NCBI RefSeq assembly: GCF_001194135.2
Contig: NC_068983.1
Coordinates: 134,901,869-134,942,441 of the forward strand
From: Octopus bimaculoides
Taxonomy: Eukaryota
Direction of reading: 5' to 3'
DNA length: 40,573 nucleotides
Every line of letters starts with the position of its first letter. Within the stretch, counting starts at the first letter, position 1. Made by a program: the position numbers and the translations under genes. The notes under the pieces are model-generated. The model had not been told where the DNA came from. It searched no databases and saw only the letters and a program-made list of their open reading frames with translations. Positions 23,573 to 35,459 of this stretch are shown piece by piece.

Positions 23573-24040
23573 GAATCTATAGCCTCAGAATGTAATGGTA
23601 TCAAGTTGTCACTTCTCAACAAAACGTGTTTAGCAGTTTCAACCATTTACTGTCCATCTGTTGATGACACTTTAGCTGCTTCCAGTGAATATGATAAGTT
23701 GTCTATATGTGAGTACAAAAGTCGGTCCAAAGAAGAAATAAGATGTTCTTTCTGCACCTAGAATCCAATTGGACAGTCCCAAACCGTGTCAGTACAGATT
23801 CTTGTCAGCACTTGAATAGAAAAAAAATAAGTATCAAGAGTTCATTAAAAGCAAACAGCATGTACTGTCCATCTAATTGTCCTCAAGGTTACTACCTGGC
23901 AACAATATGCTTTTTTTCGCATTTTTTCTGAATTCACCAAATAAATTTTCCTTCTCTGGTGAATACTTGATTCCTGTGACAATTCCTCTCTGAGACTTCT
24001 CACATCAGATGGTGACTCACATTGCATTACAGTTTCCTAC
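23573..24040 (-). mobile_element. hAT-superfamily transposase relic
   Basis: Frameshifted minus-strand pieces IKYSPEKENLFGEF / RWTVHAVCF..DTY / SYFFFG / SHIDNLSYSLEAAKVSSTDGQ..LLRSD follow the hAT C-terminal order YSPKRE..TRW..FFFG..HTDNLS..SA.EGQ. Confidence 0.6.
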
Positions 24041-24269
24041 ACACACACAGACTTAAAGAATGTGCTTGACAATATGTTGTTAATGTCTCTGGTTAAAGTT
24101 CTTCCAAACACATGACTACTTTAGATTTTTTTCCCTAAAAATCTTTGTCTGATGTGTCCACAGCTACTGTGCGGAGACTGGCATACCAAAGAATAGACCT
24201 ACCAGCAACAACCTCTTGTACAAACCTCAAAAATTCTCTCCTCCAGGGAAGTACCTCAACTATTTATAA

Positions 24270-26284
24270 GACATGTTGTATGAAATGACTGGAACAAAGC
24301 TGTCAGGACCCCCATCTGCTAAATGGGGTAAAACCTGGATGGCAAGATGGGTTAGCAGGTCATTGTTTGAGTGGTGCAAATATGTCATCTACCAGTTGAA
24401 AATCTCAGTCCAGTCTGAGGGAGCTTATTCAGGTGGGGACTTAGAATGTTCTCACTCTGAGGGATGATTCTCATCTGCCCTTAATGTCTTTGGAACTCAG
24501 CCATTTGAGAGTTTCTGTGGAAGTCTTATCAGAGGTGTGTCATCCAGAATAGGGTAACATCTCAACTATTGGTTACATCTACAACAGGTCTGAGTGCTCT
24601 GATGTGATATGCCAGTGGGATAGCAGTTACAGTAACCAACTGGCTGGTTCTAATGGTATAAGATGTAACACCTGTCTATGAGCATATTATATAGCTGAAC
24701 TTTCACTCAACTTTCTCTGAGTGTCATTTCCTTGGTTGGGTATATTCTCTGCTATGAGTGACTGATTGGAGAGGGAGACATTCTATACTCATTGGAGATT
24801 TCAATGCATCAACTGAGGTTCACAGAACAGAATATAAGAACATTATCAGCTCTCTTTTGGATATAGTGCTTGGAATAAGAGTGGTGTGATGCTCCTGGAC
24901 TTCACAAAAAGTCATGGATTTCACATTGCTGGCTTCTGGTAACAATGTCCTGAGCTGCATTGCTGGACTTAATATTCCAATACTGGCCATGTACCAAAGA
25001 AGATTGATTACATACTTGGAGATTACTATTGGAGATTCCTACAGAATTTCAGAGTTTTCCAGAGTGCTAGTTTCTTGGGTCAACTACTGGAGGTCAACTA
25101 CTGACAGGATCCTGGATTTTTGTGTACTCATTGAACACAAGCAGAGCTTTTGGCAGGAGCTGTTTGCAGCCCATGTCAACTTCTGCAAGGCATTTGACTC
25201 GGTGAACAGAGATGCACTTTGAAGGATTCTGGAGCTGTGAAGTATACTCCTTCAACTGATTGGGCTGATGGTGGCCTTGTACATAGTAACAGTCAGTGCA
25301 GTTCAGATTGGCATCGAACTTTTTTCAAGCTAGATCTTAAGTTCATCAGAGTTGGATCTTGGTTCCCAGTGTGTTAAGTGCCTGCATGGATTGGATACTT
25401 GGTCAAAAGGTAATTCATTTGAGTTGTGGTGCACTCATTGATGAAACTAGGATTACAGGCTTAGATTTTGCTGTTGGTGCAGTTATTTTTGCTGAGTCTC
25501 TGGATGTCATAAGGAGTGCACTCCTTTCACTGAGTGAGAAAGCAGAACCACTTGACTTTAGAGTCTCTTGGGTCACGACAAAGATCCAGTCCTTCATTGA
25601 CTTCTTGAAGGATTCCACCTCATCTGCCTCTGTTGTGGGTGAGAATTTTGAAGTTGTTGACCACTTCACTTATCTCAGCAATGAAATTAATAGCGGCATT
25701 AGCTGTGAGTTTGAAGTCCTAAAAGGACTTGGATGAGCTGGTGCAGTTGCGGACTCATTGGACAAGGGTGTTTGGCATTGCTGATATCTATGTAAGAAGG
25801 CAAAGGTTTGAGTCTTTAGGTCTCTGATCCTCCCCTTCCTGGTTTAGAATTGTGAGACTTGGACACTGTGTGGGGCCCTTAAGAGCCACCAAAACTCTTT
25901 TGGTACCAGGATGCTTTGCAGGATTATGGGTTACCATCGACTGGATTTCATACCCAACCAATGACTCTACTCAGAAGTGGGATGCATCCTGTTACTTGTA
26001 TGATTCAGGAGCACAAGCTTGAACTGTTTGACCATGCTGCTCGATTTTCTGAGTTAGACCCTGCTTACCATATTCTTTACACTGAGGATTTGGCTGTGTT
26101 GATAGCTCATGATGGTCTACCACATGCCACATGGTCACAGCAGATGAAGAGGTACCTCATGGAGATGGGGATTGACTGGGACTTTACTTAACAAGTCTCT
26201 TGGGTGGACTTGGAAATATACTGACAAATGGTGAACACAGCAACAAGCTACAACAGTGAATGCCCCCACACTTGACCTGACCTA
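24270..26284 (+). mobile_element. Old, internally deleted RTE-clade LINE (second family), APE endonuclease + RT
   Basis: Reads VGT*NVLTLRDDSHLPLMSLELSHLRV (~24433), ILIGDFNA (~24785), STTDRILDFCVLIEHKQSFWQELFAAHVNFCKAFDSVNRDAL, LDFAVGAVIFAESL (decayed FADD), FTYLSNEI, LELFDHAARFSELDPAY; ends cccccacacttgacctgacct. Most of the EN-RT linker is missing. Confidence 0.85.
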
Positions 26285-28509
26285 GGCATACTGTTTGTTC
26301 TGTCAATCCATTCTGCTCTACAGTTAGATAAATTTAGTTTTATTGAATGTATTGAAGATTTTATGTCTGGCAAGCAATAAAAACCAAGAAATTTCTCACA
26401 TCAAACATTGATAAATTTGTTAGATGTGTAGTTTTGTCATAAAGAACAAGTGAAAAATGTTTTTCCCTACTTTACCATATAAATCAGCCATTATAAAACA
26501 GAACTATTTTTATAACATGGCTTAGGTATTTATTTGTACAGCTTTGTTAAGCCACTCCAGAAGATCAGCATCATTTTCCCCACTCAGCCATACCAGGTTT
26601 ATACAAATTAGCCAACTCATCAACTTTTTCTATTTTTTGTTGAGAAAGGAAGTGCAAACACTCAGTAATTTTTATTATGCATTTATGATATGTTTGCATA
26701 CTCATTCTTGTAGTTTCACCCATTATTATATTTAGAAGTCAGTACTTCCAGTTCAGTTGCAGCACTGTGAGATTCACACAACTGATAATCCTCAAAGTGT
26801 TAATGATTTTTTTTTCCACTTACAAAATCCTTCATTAAAAGCAAATGTTCTTTATCTCTAACATGCTGTTGTTTTGAATATTTTCCTTATACTTCATACA
26901 GAAAAAAAAATAAAACAGAACAATATGCATGACTGTAGATTTGATCATAAGTTACATCAAATACATTGAGTCAAGTTAAATGAAAAAAAATCATTTATTG
27001 TTGCTTAATGTCCACTTGAGTGACTTAACATTCATTAGTTGATTTGGTTGAGGCTGGTTTCATTGGCTGATTGTTGTAATGTTCATTGAGACAATGAAAC
27101 TAAAACTACTGCAACAAGAATAACTACTAGAAGTCTCTGATTGTGTTTGCAACTGTATAGTAGGGTTTCTTTCAACAGCCAAAGAACAGAAACTATTAAT
27201 ATTTACTGATTTTGGTTTAATAAATGTATTATAGCATCATTTGTTGCTTCATCAATGGGCACACTGAAACTATTTAATAATAACAAAGCATTTTCTTAGC
27301 AGACATTAGACACTTTAATTATATAAACATGACAAACTAAAGATTTTAACCCATTCAGAACTTTAATGCATGAATATTTAAGTATCTTATGTTGTAAAGA
27401 GTTTAGAATAAGCATCTAGATAATAGCATGATGTTTCTATACGAGAGTGCACAGACAGTCATATTCTCACTTCACTTGATTTTTTAATAGACTATATTTA
27501 CTGAATGTTATAGCTCTGTCAAACCAAACCATATATAACTAAGATTTACAAGAAGTTATATTTCATATTCCTTTGCAGTTTCATGTCACATCAAACTTTG
27601 AACAATTTACTTTCAAAATTTTATAAAATTCTGACCATAGCCTGTATATTTTTTCAAGCCATTATGCTGTTTTTAACAGTTCATCACATGATTTATTTTA
27701 AATCATGAAAACAGTTTTATCGTGTTAAGAAATAATTCAGGTCTGAAAAGGTTAATTGATAATCTAGAACAAATAGCATTTCTCATTAGAAATAGAAATT
27801 AACAATTTACAAAACCATCTAATCACCTGCTCAGAAAAATAATAGAGCTTAAAATGCAATCTGTATATAAATTAACCAGAAGGTTATACTGATTGTAACA
27901 GCATTTCTTTTCTCAAAGGCAGGCATGAACATGTTTCTTTATTCCTCAACTTCATCTACCTGATGATGTTGTTTCATTTGCCATTTCCCAACTTTGTTCT
28001 TTTCATTTCTTGGTAGAGCAGAAAAGTTCTAAACCAACATTTCAATAGTGTTGATTTCTATTTATTGTATAAGGGAATTTTTCCTACTCAAAGTTTTGTG
28101 AACATTGTTGTTCATGTAACTATATTTCACATGTGTAGAACATAATGTTTATAACAAAGATAATTCAAGTAGACAGACATTCAGATGGAAAACAGTATAA
28201 ACAAAGGATAGAGAAAAAAAAATGTGTATGGAAACAAATGAAAGATAAGCATAGCAAAGAGTGTGTGTGTGTGTGTGTGTGTGTATGCATGAAGGTGCAT
28301 TGATCATTCTTAACATGTATTGGCTCTTCTAAAGTAACTTTTGCAGATATTTCATTGAGAGTGGTTATTTTTTGCATCTGATGTGCAATGTAAGAGAACA
28401 GTACACAGTTATATGCATAATCAAAATTTTCAAGCCAGTTCTACATGGTCCACTGAAAGCTGGTTCTCTTGTCTGGTGGTCTTCATCATCCTGTTAATCA
28501 CCACCAAGA

Positions 28510-28712
28510 ACAACAGAGAAAATAAGATATTCCTTATCAAGCTTTCATCAAGCTTTCATTCTGAGTTCAAATACTGCTGTAGCTGACTTTGCCTTTCATC
28601 CTTTCAGGGGCAATAAAATAAGTACCAGTCAAACACTGGGATCAATGTAACTGACTAGCCACTCACCCAAAATTTCTGACCTTGTGCCCATAGTAGAAAG
28701 AATTATTATTAC
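28510..28712 (+). mobile_element. SINE family A copy ~210 nt upstream of the exon
   Basis: ctgagttcaaatactgctgtagctgactttgcctttcatcctttcaggggcaataaaataagtaccag..aaaatttctgaccttgtgcccatagtagaaag. Confidence 0.8.
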
Positions 28713-28903
28713 CATTACTATTACTTCAACTACTAGCATTTCCTTTTTTCCTAATAAGGATACAAATACTTTACTAGACTGAAGTTATTCTACAACCCTA
28801 TATAGCATATTTTATTTTGTGAACGCAAGTCTTTCTGCCGTGTTATTGTTCTGGTGCTGTTGACTTGATTACATCAGGAACAATACATATACAAAATTTT
28901 AAG

Positions 28904-28921
28904 GTTTCCTCTTTATTTCAG
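28904..28921 (+). promoter_or_regulatory. Polypyrimidine tract and 3' splice acceptor of the synaptotagmin exon
   Basis: gtttcctctttatttcAG directly precedes the conserved coding sequence. Confidence 0.8.
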
Positions 28922-29042
28922 GAAAAAGCTGATCTGGGTGAACTGATGATGTCATTGTGTTACTTACCCACAGCTGGACGCCTCACAGTTACCATCATCA
29001 AGGCACGGAACTTGAAAGCAATGGATATCACTGGCTCCTCAG
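28922..29042 (+). CDS. SYT9: Internal coding exon of a synaptotagmin (SYT3/6/9/10 clade), N-terminal part of C2B domain
   Basis: Translates [40 protein letters not shown](D). This closely matches the C2B start of vertebrate SYT9/SYT3/SYT6/SYT10 ([38 protein letters not shown]). Acceptor tttatttcAG at 28920-28921, donor GT at 29043-29044; 121 nt, phase 0 to phase 1, with the Asp codon split. One exon cannot resolve the paralog within the clade, so the symbol is a best guess. Confidence 0.93.
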
Positions 29043-29130
29043 GTTTTTAAAGATTTTTCCTTCTTTTATTCCACCCCTCTGACACTTACTCACACACATA
29101 TCTATGTATATATACATATATATATATTTA

Positions 29131-29177
<47 letters not shown>

Positions 29178-29556
29178 NNNNNNNNNNNNNNNNNNNNNNN
29201 NNNNNNNNNNNNNNNNNNNNNNNNNNNNNNNNNNNNNNNNNNNNNNNNNNNNNNNNNNNNNNNNNNNNNNNNNNNNNNNNNNNNNNNNNNNNNNNNNNNN
29301 NNNNNNNNNNNNNNNNNNNNNNNNNNNNNNNNNNNNNNNNNNNNNNNNNNNNNNNNNNNNNNNNNNNNNNNNNNNNNNNNNNNNNNNNNNNNNNNNNNNN
29401 NNNNNNNNNNNNNNNNNNNNNNNNNNNNNNNNNNNNNNNNNNNNNNNNNNNNNNNNNNNNNNNNNNNNNNNNNNNNNNNNNNNNNNNNNNNNNNNNNNNN
29501 NNNNNNNNNNNNNNNNNNNNNNNNATATATATATATATATATATATATAAATACAT

Positions 29557-29842
29557 ATCATCATCATCATCATCATCATTTACCGTCTGCTTTCCATGCT
29601 GGCATGGGTTGGATGGTTTGACTGAGGACTGGCAAGCCAGGAGGTTGCACCAGGCTCCAATCTGATCTGGTAAGGTTTCTACAGCTGGATGCTCTTCATA
29701 ATGCCAACCTCTCCAAGAGTGTAGTGGGTGCTTTTTATGTGCCACCAGCATGGGAGCCAGTCATGCAGCACTGGCATCAACTATGCACAAATGGTGCTTT
29801 TTACGTGCCACCGGCATGGGAGTCAATCAGGTGGTACTGGCA
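29557..29842 (-). mobile_element. RTE 3' UTR/tail copy
   Basis: (atc)n tail plus two UTR repeat units; reverse complement of 8780-9035. Confidence 0.85.
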
Positions 29843-29901
29843 TATATACACATATATATACACACATATATATATGCATATATATACATATACATATACA
29901 T

Positions 29902-30225
29902 ATCATCATCATCAACATCATCGTTTAACGTCCACTTTCCATGCTAGCATGGGTTGGGCGATTTGACTGACGACTGGCAGACCAGAAGGCTGCACCAGGC
30001 CCCAATCTGATCTGGTAGAGTTTCTACAGCTGGATGTCCTTTCTAACGCCAACCACTCTAAGAGTGTAGTGGGTGCTTTTATGTGCCACTGACATTAGGG
30101 CCAGTCACACGGTACTGGCAACGGCCACGCTCAAAAAGGTGTTTTTTACGTGCCACCTGCACGGGAGCCAGTCCAGCGGCACTGGCAATGACCTCGCTGA
30201 AATGATTTTCTAACGTGCCACCACA
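29902..30225 (-). mobile_element. RTE 3' UTR/tail copy (tandem with previous)
   Basis: (atc)n gtttaacgtccactttccatgctagcatggg... plus UTR repeat units. Confidence 0.85.
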
Positions 30226-30284
30226 GTTCACAAAACTATGGTACATGCTGTTAGCTCTTACTCCTTTCTGAGTGATATTTAGTC

Positions 30285-30432
30285 ATAGGAAACTATTACC
30301 TTGCTTGAAAATAGATGTGAGTTGGCAACGCAATGGATGTCCCCTCAGAATAATCTGCCTCAACAAATTCTGTCTAACTCATGTAAGCATGGGAAAGTAG
30401 ACATTAAAGCAATAATCATGACTATGATGATG
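30285..30432 (+). mobile_element. SINE 3' module E with (ATG)n tail
   Basis: gaaactattaccttgcttgaaaatag..gttggcaac..aatctgcctcaacaaattc..catgtaagcatgggaaagtagacattaaa..atgatgatg. Confidence 0.6.
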
Positions 30433-30614
30433 AAATTCATTGATTTTTGTTAAATATATTCAACTTGATTATTTCTATTCCAAAATGTAATTACAACATG
30501 AAGCAACGACTGAAAAAACCACACATGAAATTCCAGGTATTGTGGAAAACAGTGATGAATCAAGTTTACTTTGTATCATTGATATCAAATATACATCAGT
30601 TCACAATTATTTAT

Positions 30615-30790
30615 GACTTCTTCTGAATTGATGTAGTAGTGGTCAATGCGTATTTATACTTTATTTGTTATGGTCTGTATGACATATAATTAAATATTTA
30701 CTGTGAACTATAATTAGTTATATATTAAGTCTATTTACTTTGAAGATTCCACTTTGAATGGTGTGGTATATTTTAAAATGTATTGAAGAT
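30615..30790 (+). repeat. Left arm of a 176-bp inverted repeat
   Basis: Reverse complement of 32501-32676 with 6 mismatches in 176 nt by manual alignment. Confidence 0.95.
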
Positions 30791-31957
30791 AAATTTTTTT
30801 CAAAATATAACAGAACAAATACTTGATAAATTATACAATTAAGTATTGGTTTCTGAAACTATTGATTTTTTTATAGTCAAATATTGTTTTCCTGTTGCTT
30901 TTTGGTTCATTATTTAGAAATATTGCTGCTGAAAGTTAATGTTTCAGACTGACAGAGGCTTGGTTGGTTGTGTGGTTAAGAAGTTTGCTGAAATGTCCTG
31001 GAATGTTGGTTTTAATGAATTTTCTTTTAATTAGATTCTTTTAATTTTGTTTCAACAGGATAATGATCAGGAACTGAAAAAAATTGGTTTTACTGAAAAA
31101 CTCGCTGTACTGATATAATGGAACTTTACCTATACATACATACATGCATTCACACACACACATGCACACACACACAAACACACATACATGCGTGCATACA
31201 TATATCCAAGCCTAATAGCCATTCTACAAATGAAGACAATTAAATGTGAAACAAAATTCTAATCTACATCTTAATTGAATGTTCAAACATTTCATCAACT
31301 CTATTTATCTACCTCTAATTTCCCCCCATAGTACATACACTGTTCTTTCTCTGACACACTTCTCTTCTTTATCGCCTCCACTTTACATCCAGGGTTGTAC
31401 ATTATAGGCTTTTTTATTTATTTTTTCATTTCTGGTCTCACACACACACACACACACAAATTTTCTTTAAATTTATACAGAGACATACATATATATATTA
31501 TGCAAGCAAACAAGTAACACTCCTTTTAACAAACAGTGAAAAATAAACTGGAAATAATGTTTCGAGGTAGCAAAAAGAGATGAGATTAGTTCCTCCTCCA
31601 GCTAAAGTTAAAAGATGTCAATGAAAAAGTCTTGCATCACAAGAGAGTTGCTGAAAGAAAACTAATTAACTAGAAATTTAATTGAAACCAATCAACAACT
31701 TACAGGGGTATGAGGGAAAAATCAATAAATGTTATAGAGGCTCATTCTGTAGGAGATAAATATTTATTCTGGAGAAAAATCAGGAATGTGGAAAAGGACT
31801 TCGACTATGATGTAAGTGGTTAAAAGAATCAATGGTAACAGCCTTAAGACTGTGATTGAAGGACTTCAGAAGAGGAAAGCATCAGAAAACCATGTTTGTT
31901 TCTTCCTGAAGCCATTATCTAATAGTGTAATTTATCAAGCATTTGTTTTGTTATACA

Positions 31958-32500
31958 TTGGGCCTCATGGAAGCAAAGTGGTTGAGTTCCTTTTGAGTGT
32001 TAGGCCTCACAGAGGCGAGGTGGTTGAGTTCCTTTTGAGCATTGGACCTCATGGAGGCAAAGTGGCCAAGCTCCAGAGCCACATGGAGACAAAGTGGCTG
32101 AGTTCCTTTCGAACAGGCCTCATAGAGGCTAGATAGCTGAGTTCCTTTTGAGCATTGGGCCTCAAGGAGGCAGAGTGGCCAAGCTCCTTTCGAGTGTCAG
32201 GCCTCACGGAGGCAATGACCAAGACTTTAGGCATTATGTCGTGCTTGAGAAGAAGACCCATCAAGCCAAACAAAATCACAGTCGTAGCAGACACAGATGT
32301 CATGCAAATGGCATCTGAGCCAGTGGCACATAAAAGCACCCATTACACTCTCAGAATAGTTGGTGTTAGGAAGGGCATCCAGCCATAGAAAACCATGCCG
32401 AATCAGACTGGATCCTGGCGCAGCCTTCCAGTGTGCCAGCCAAGTCAAACTGTCCAACTCATGCCAGCATGGCCAACAGATGCTAAATGATGGTGATGAT
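31958..32500 (+). mobile_element. 42-bp minisatellite (about 6 units) fused to an RTE 3' end with (ATG)n tail
   Basis: Unit ggcctca(t/c)(g/a)gaggcaaagtggctgagttccttttgagcattg. The last unit start continues into RTE-like ggcctcacggaggcaatgaccaagac..tgcttgagaagaagacc..aaaagcacccattacac..tgctaaatgatggtgatgat. Confidence 0.8.
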
Positions 32501-32676
32501 ATCTTCAATGCATTTTAAAATATACCACACCATTCAAAGTGGAATCTTCAAAGTAAATAGACTTAATATATAACTAATTATAATTCACAGTAAACACTTA
32601 ATTATATGTCATACAGACCATAACAAATAAAGTATAAATACACATTGACCACTACTACATCAATTCAGAAGAAGTT
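32501..32676 (-). repeat. Right arm of the inverted repeat (truncated by assembly gap)
   Basis: See 30615-30790; abuts N-gap 32677-33238. Confidence 0.95.
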
Positions 32677-33344
32677 NNNNNNNNNNNNNNNNNNNNNNNN
32701 NNNNNNNNNNNNNNNNNNNNNNNNNNNNNNNNNNNNNNNNNNNNNNNNNNNNNNNNNNNNNNNNNNNNNNNNNNNNNNNNNNNNNNNNNNNNNNNNNNNN
32801 NNNNNNNNNNNNNNNNNNNNNNNNNNNNNNNNNNNNNNNNNNNNNNNNNNNNNNNNNNNNNNNNNNNNNNNNNNNNNNNNNNNNNNNNNNNNNNNNNNNN
32901 NNNNNNNNNNNNNNNNNNNNNNNNNNNNNNNNNNNNNNNNNNNNNNNNNNNNNNNNNNNNNNNNNNNNNNNNNNNNNNNNNNNNNNNNNNNNNNNNNNNN
33001 NNNNNNNNNNNNNNNNNNNNNNNNNNNNNNNNNNNNNNNNNNNNNNNNNNNNNNNNNNNNNNNNNNNNNNNNNNNNNNNNNNNNNNNNNNNNNNNNNNNN
33101 NNNNNNNNNNNNNNNNNNNNNNNNNNNNNNNNNNNNNNNNNNNNNNNNNNNNNNNNNNNNNNNNNNNNNNNNNNNNNNNNNNNNNNNNNNNNNNNNNNNN
33201 NNNNNNNNNNNNNNNNNNNNNNNNNNNNNNNNNNNNNNCACACACACACACACACACACGAACACACACACGCACGCACACACACACATACACACATGCA
33301 CACACATTAACATACATATATATATATATATATATGTGACATGC

Positions 33345-33495
33345 TTATTTTTGTTTCTGTCTACCATATTGACTCACAAGGCTTTAATTGGCCCAGGGCT
33401 ATAGTACAAGACATTTTTCCAAGATATCATGCAGTTGGACTGAACCCAAAACCATAAGGCTTGGAGCAAACTTCTTTACTAAGTAGCCATGCACA
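33345..33495 (-). mobile_element. SINE family B 5' half
   Basis: tctgtctaccatattgactcacaaggcttt..gggctatagtacaagac..atgcagttggactgaaccc. Confidence 0.65.
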
Positions 33496-33544
33496 CACAT
33501 CCACTATAACTATACTTTAAAATGTCCATTTTTATCCCCTATAC

Positions 33545-33737
33545 CTTTTAACTTTTACTTGTTTCAGTCATTACACTGCGGCCATGCTGGGGCACCACCT
33601 TGACCATGGTACCTCTTTTTTAAGCCTGGTACTTATTCTATTGGTCTCTTTTGCTGAGCTGTTAAGCTACGGGGACACAAACACACCAATAACAGTTGTG
33701 ATGGTGATGGTGGGGACAAACACAGACACAAAATCAC
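33545..33737 (-). mobile_element. SINE family B 3' half
   Basis: ttttacttgtttcagtcatt..gcggccatgctggggcacc..ggtacttattctattggtctcttttgc. Confidence 0.75.
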
Positions 33738-34036
33738 ACCTTTTAAAATACACAAGGTTTCCCAGATGTGTAATAGAAAATGATATTGAATAAACATCCT
33801 ATATTGCCTCATTTGGTAAAAAAAAAAAAAACATGCACTATCTTTTCTATTTACATCTACAGTTTACTATATTCATCCTAGATTAATCATCCGAAAATGC
33901 AATTTCATGAATAAATATAGATAGTAATAGGGGACAATTTACATTTCTAAAACGTACACACACAAACACACATACTTACAAACATGTGTATATATGATAT
34001 GTGTGTGTGTGTGTGTGTGTTTAGATAGATATGTAT

Positions 34037-34077
<41 letters not shown>

Positions 34078-34412
34078 TACATACATGTATTGACAGGCAA
34101 TAAAATGAGGCTTTGTACATCAGTGGTTAAATGAAATCCAAAAGAAGTTAATAGAAAAAATTAAGCAGAAATAATGAGGATGATAATTAAGCATAAATAT
34201 AATAGATAGAATAAATGAAAAAAACTAACCCTCATCAGCTGTCTCTCTAGAATGTTGGTAGTTTTGATGCATTAGATAGCCTAAGGCATTGAAACCATGA
34301 AAATTCCAAGAGGAACAGCTGATGTGATGCATTTTTAAATTCATTTTTCACTTCTGTTACACATTCTCATCAGTGGTGCTTAATCTTTTTCAGTTACCCA
34401 TGTGTGTGTTTG

Positions 34413-34449
<37 letters not shown>

Positions 34450-35459
34450 TTGTCTTTCTCTCTTACTGCATGTGTATGCATTTGTGTGTATGTATGTGTA
34501 TAAAACTTGGTAGAGTTCTATACACATGGTGGAGTCATTGTAGCCATTAAAAACACACTTACTCTGCCATATTCATTATATTCAGTTTTGCATGTTGTCT
34601 ACCATTAACCACTGACAATCTCACTTTGTTGTGTATGTTAGTGCACATGCATGTGCATGTGTGTATGTATTATTTTGTCAATGTAATCCAATTTTACCAT
34701 GCTACTGGGTTCATTATATCCATTAAAACCATACTTACACAGCTATAGTCACTTTTACCTTCTTATAATAATATATATTATTAGGGATCAAAGTCTTTTC
34801 TTGTATATCTATGATCTGGTCATCAATACTTCTCTGTTTATGTTAAAGTCAATTATTGGTCAGTTCTGAGAAACTGAGGTATCAATAACTTGGACATATT
34901 TTTTATCCCTTTTCCTGTCCTTTTCTTTTTTGTTGTCTTTTTTTTTCTTTCTTTTCCTTTTAATGCCAAGTAAAGCAAAATTGTGGTATTAATTTTCTTT
35001 CATGTTCTCTCTCTTTCTACTACCATATAGTCTTACATCGTTTAGCAATATCTAAGGTGCTGGCTTTGGTTTATAGCCTTATTCAGAAACTTGTGTGGGT
35101 GGCAGTTGGATGGTCAACTTTTCAATCACTTTATTTGGTTGTTTTTTACTTCTTATTTCTTCTTTTTCTTTGCCATGTCTTCCTCTCTTCTTTTGTATTC
35201 TGTGGTTGGTATTTTTTCTCAAAGTGGACAACAATTACTTCAGCTTCAAATCTGCCCCTAGTAAATTTATACATTGATGTAAATAAGTATAGTCTTTGCT
35301 GTATGGAGAAACAGTTTGCTGCACAACCATGCAGTTCTGGGCTGAAACCCAATATGAAGCATCTTGGACAAGGGACTTTTCCTATACTTTATGAGTGAAA
35401 TTTAGTCAATTGAAACTGCAGATATGTAGGTTTGTGTATTTCTCTTTGTTTATCCAATA

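Noticed and set aside
31030-31110. Strong acceptor-like site tttgtttcaacAG (31057-31058) as the next synaptotagmin exon
   Set aside because: The next exon must begin AT/AC to complete Asp and read PYVK; the sequence here reads GATAATG... with no C2B similarity in any frame.
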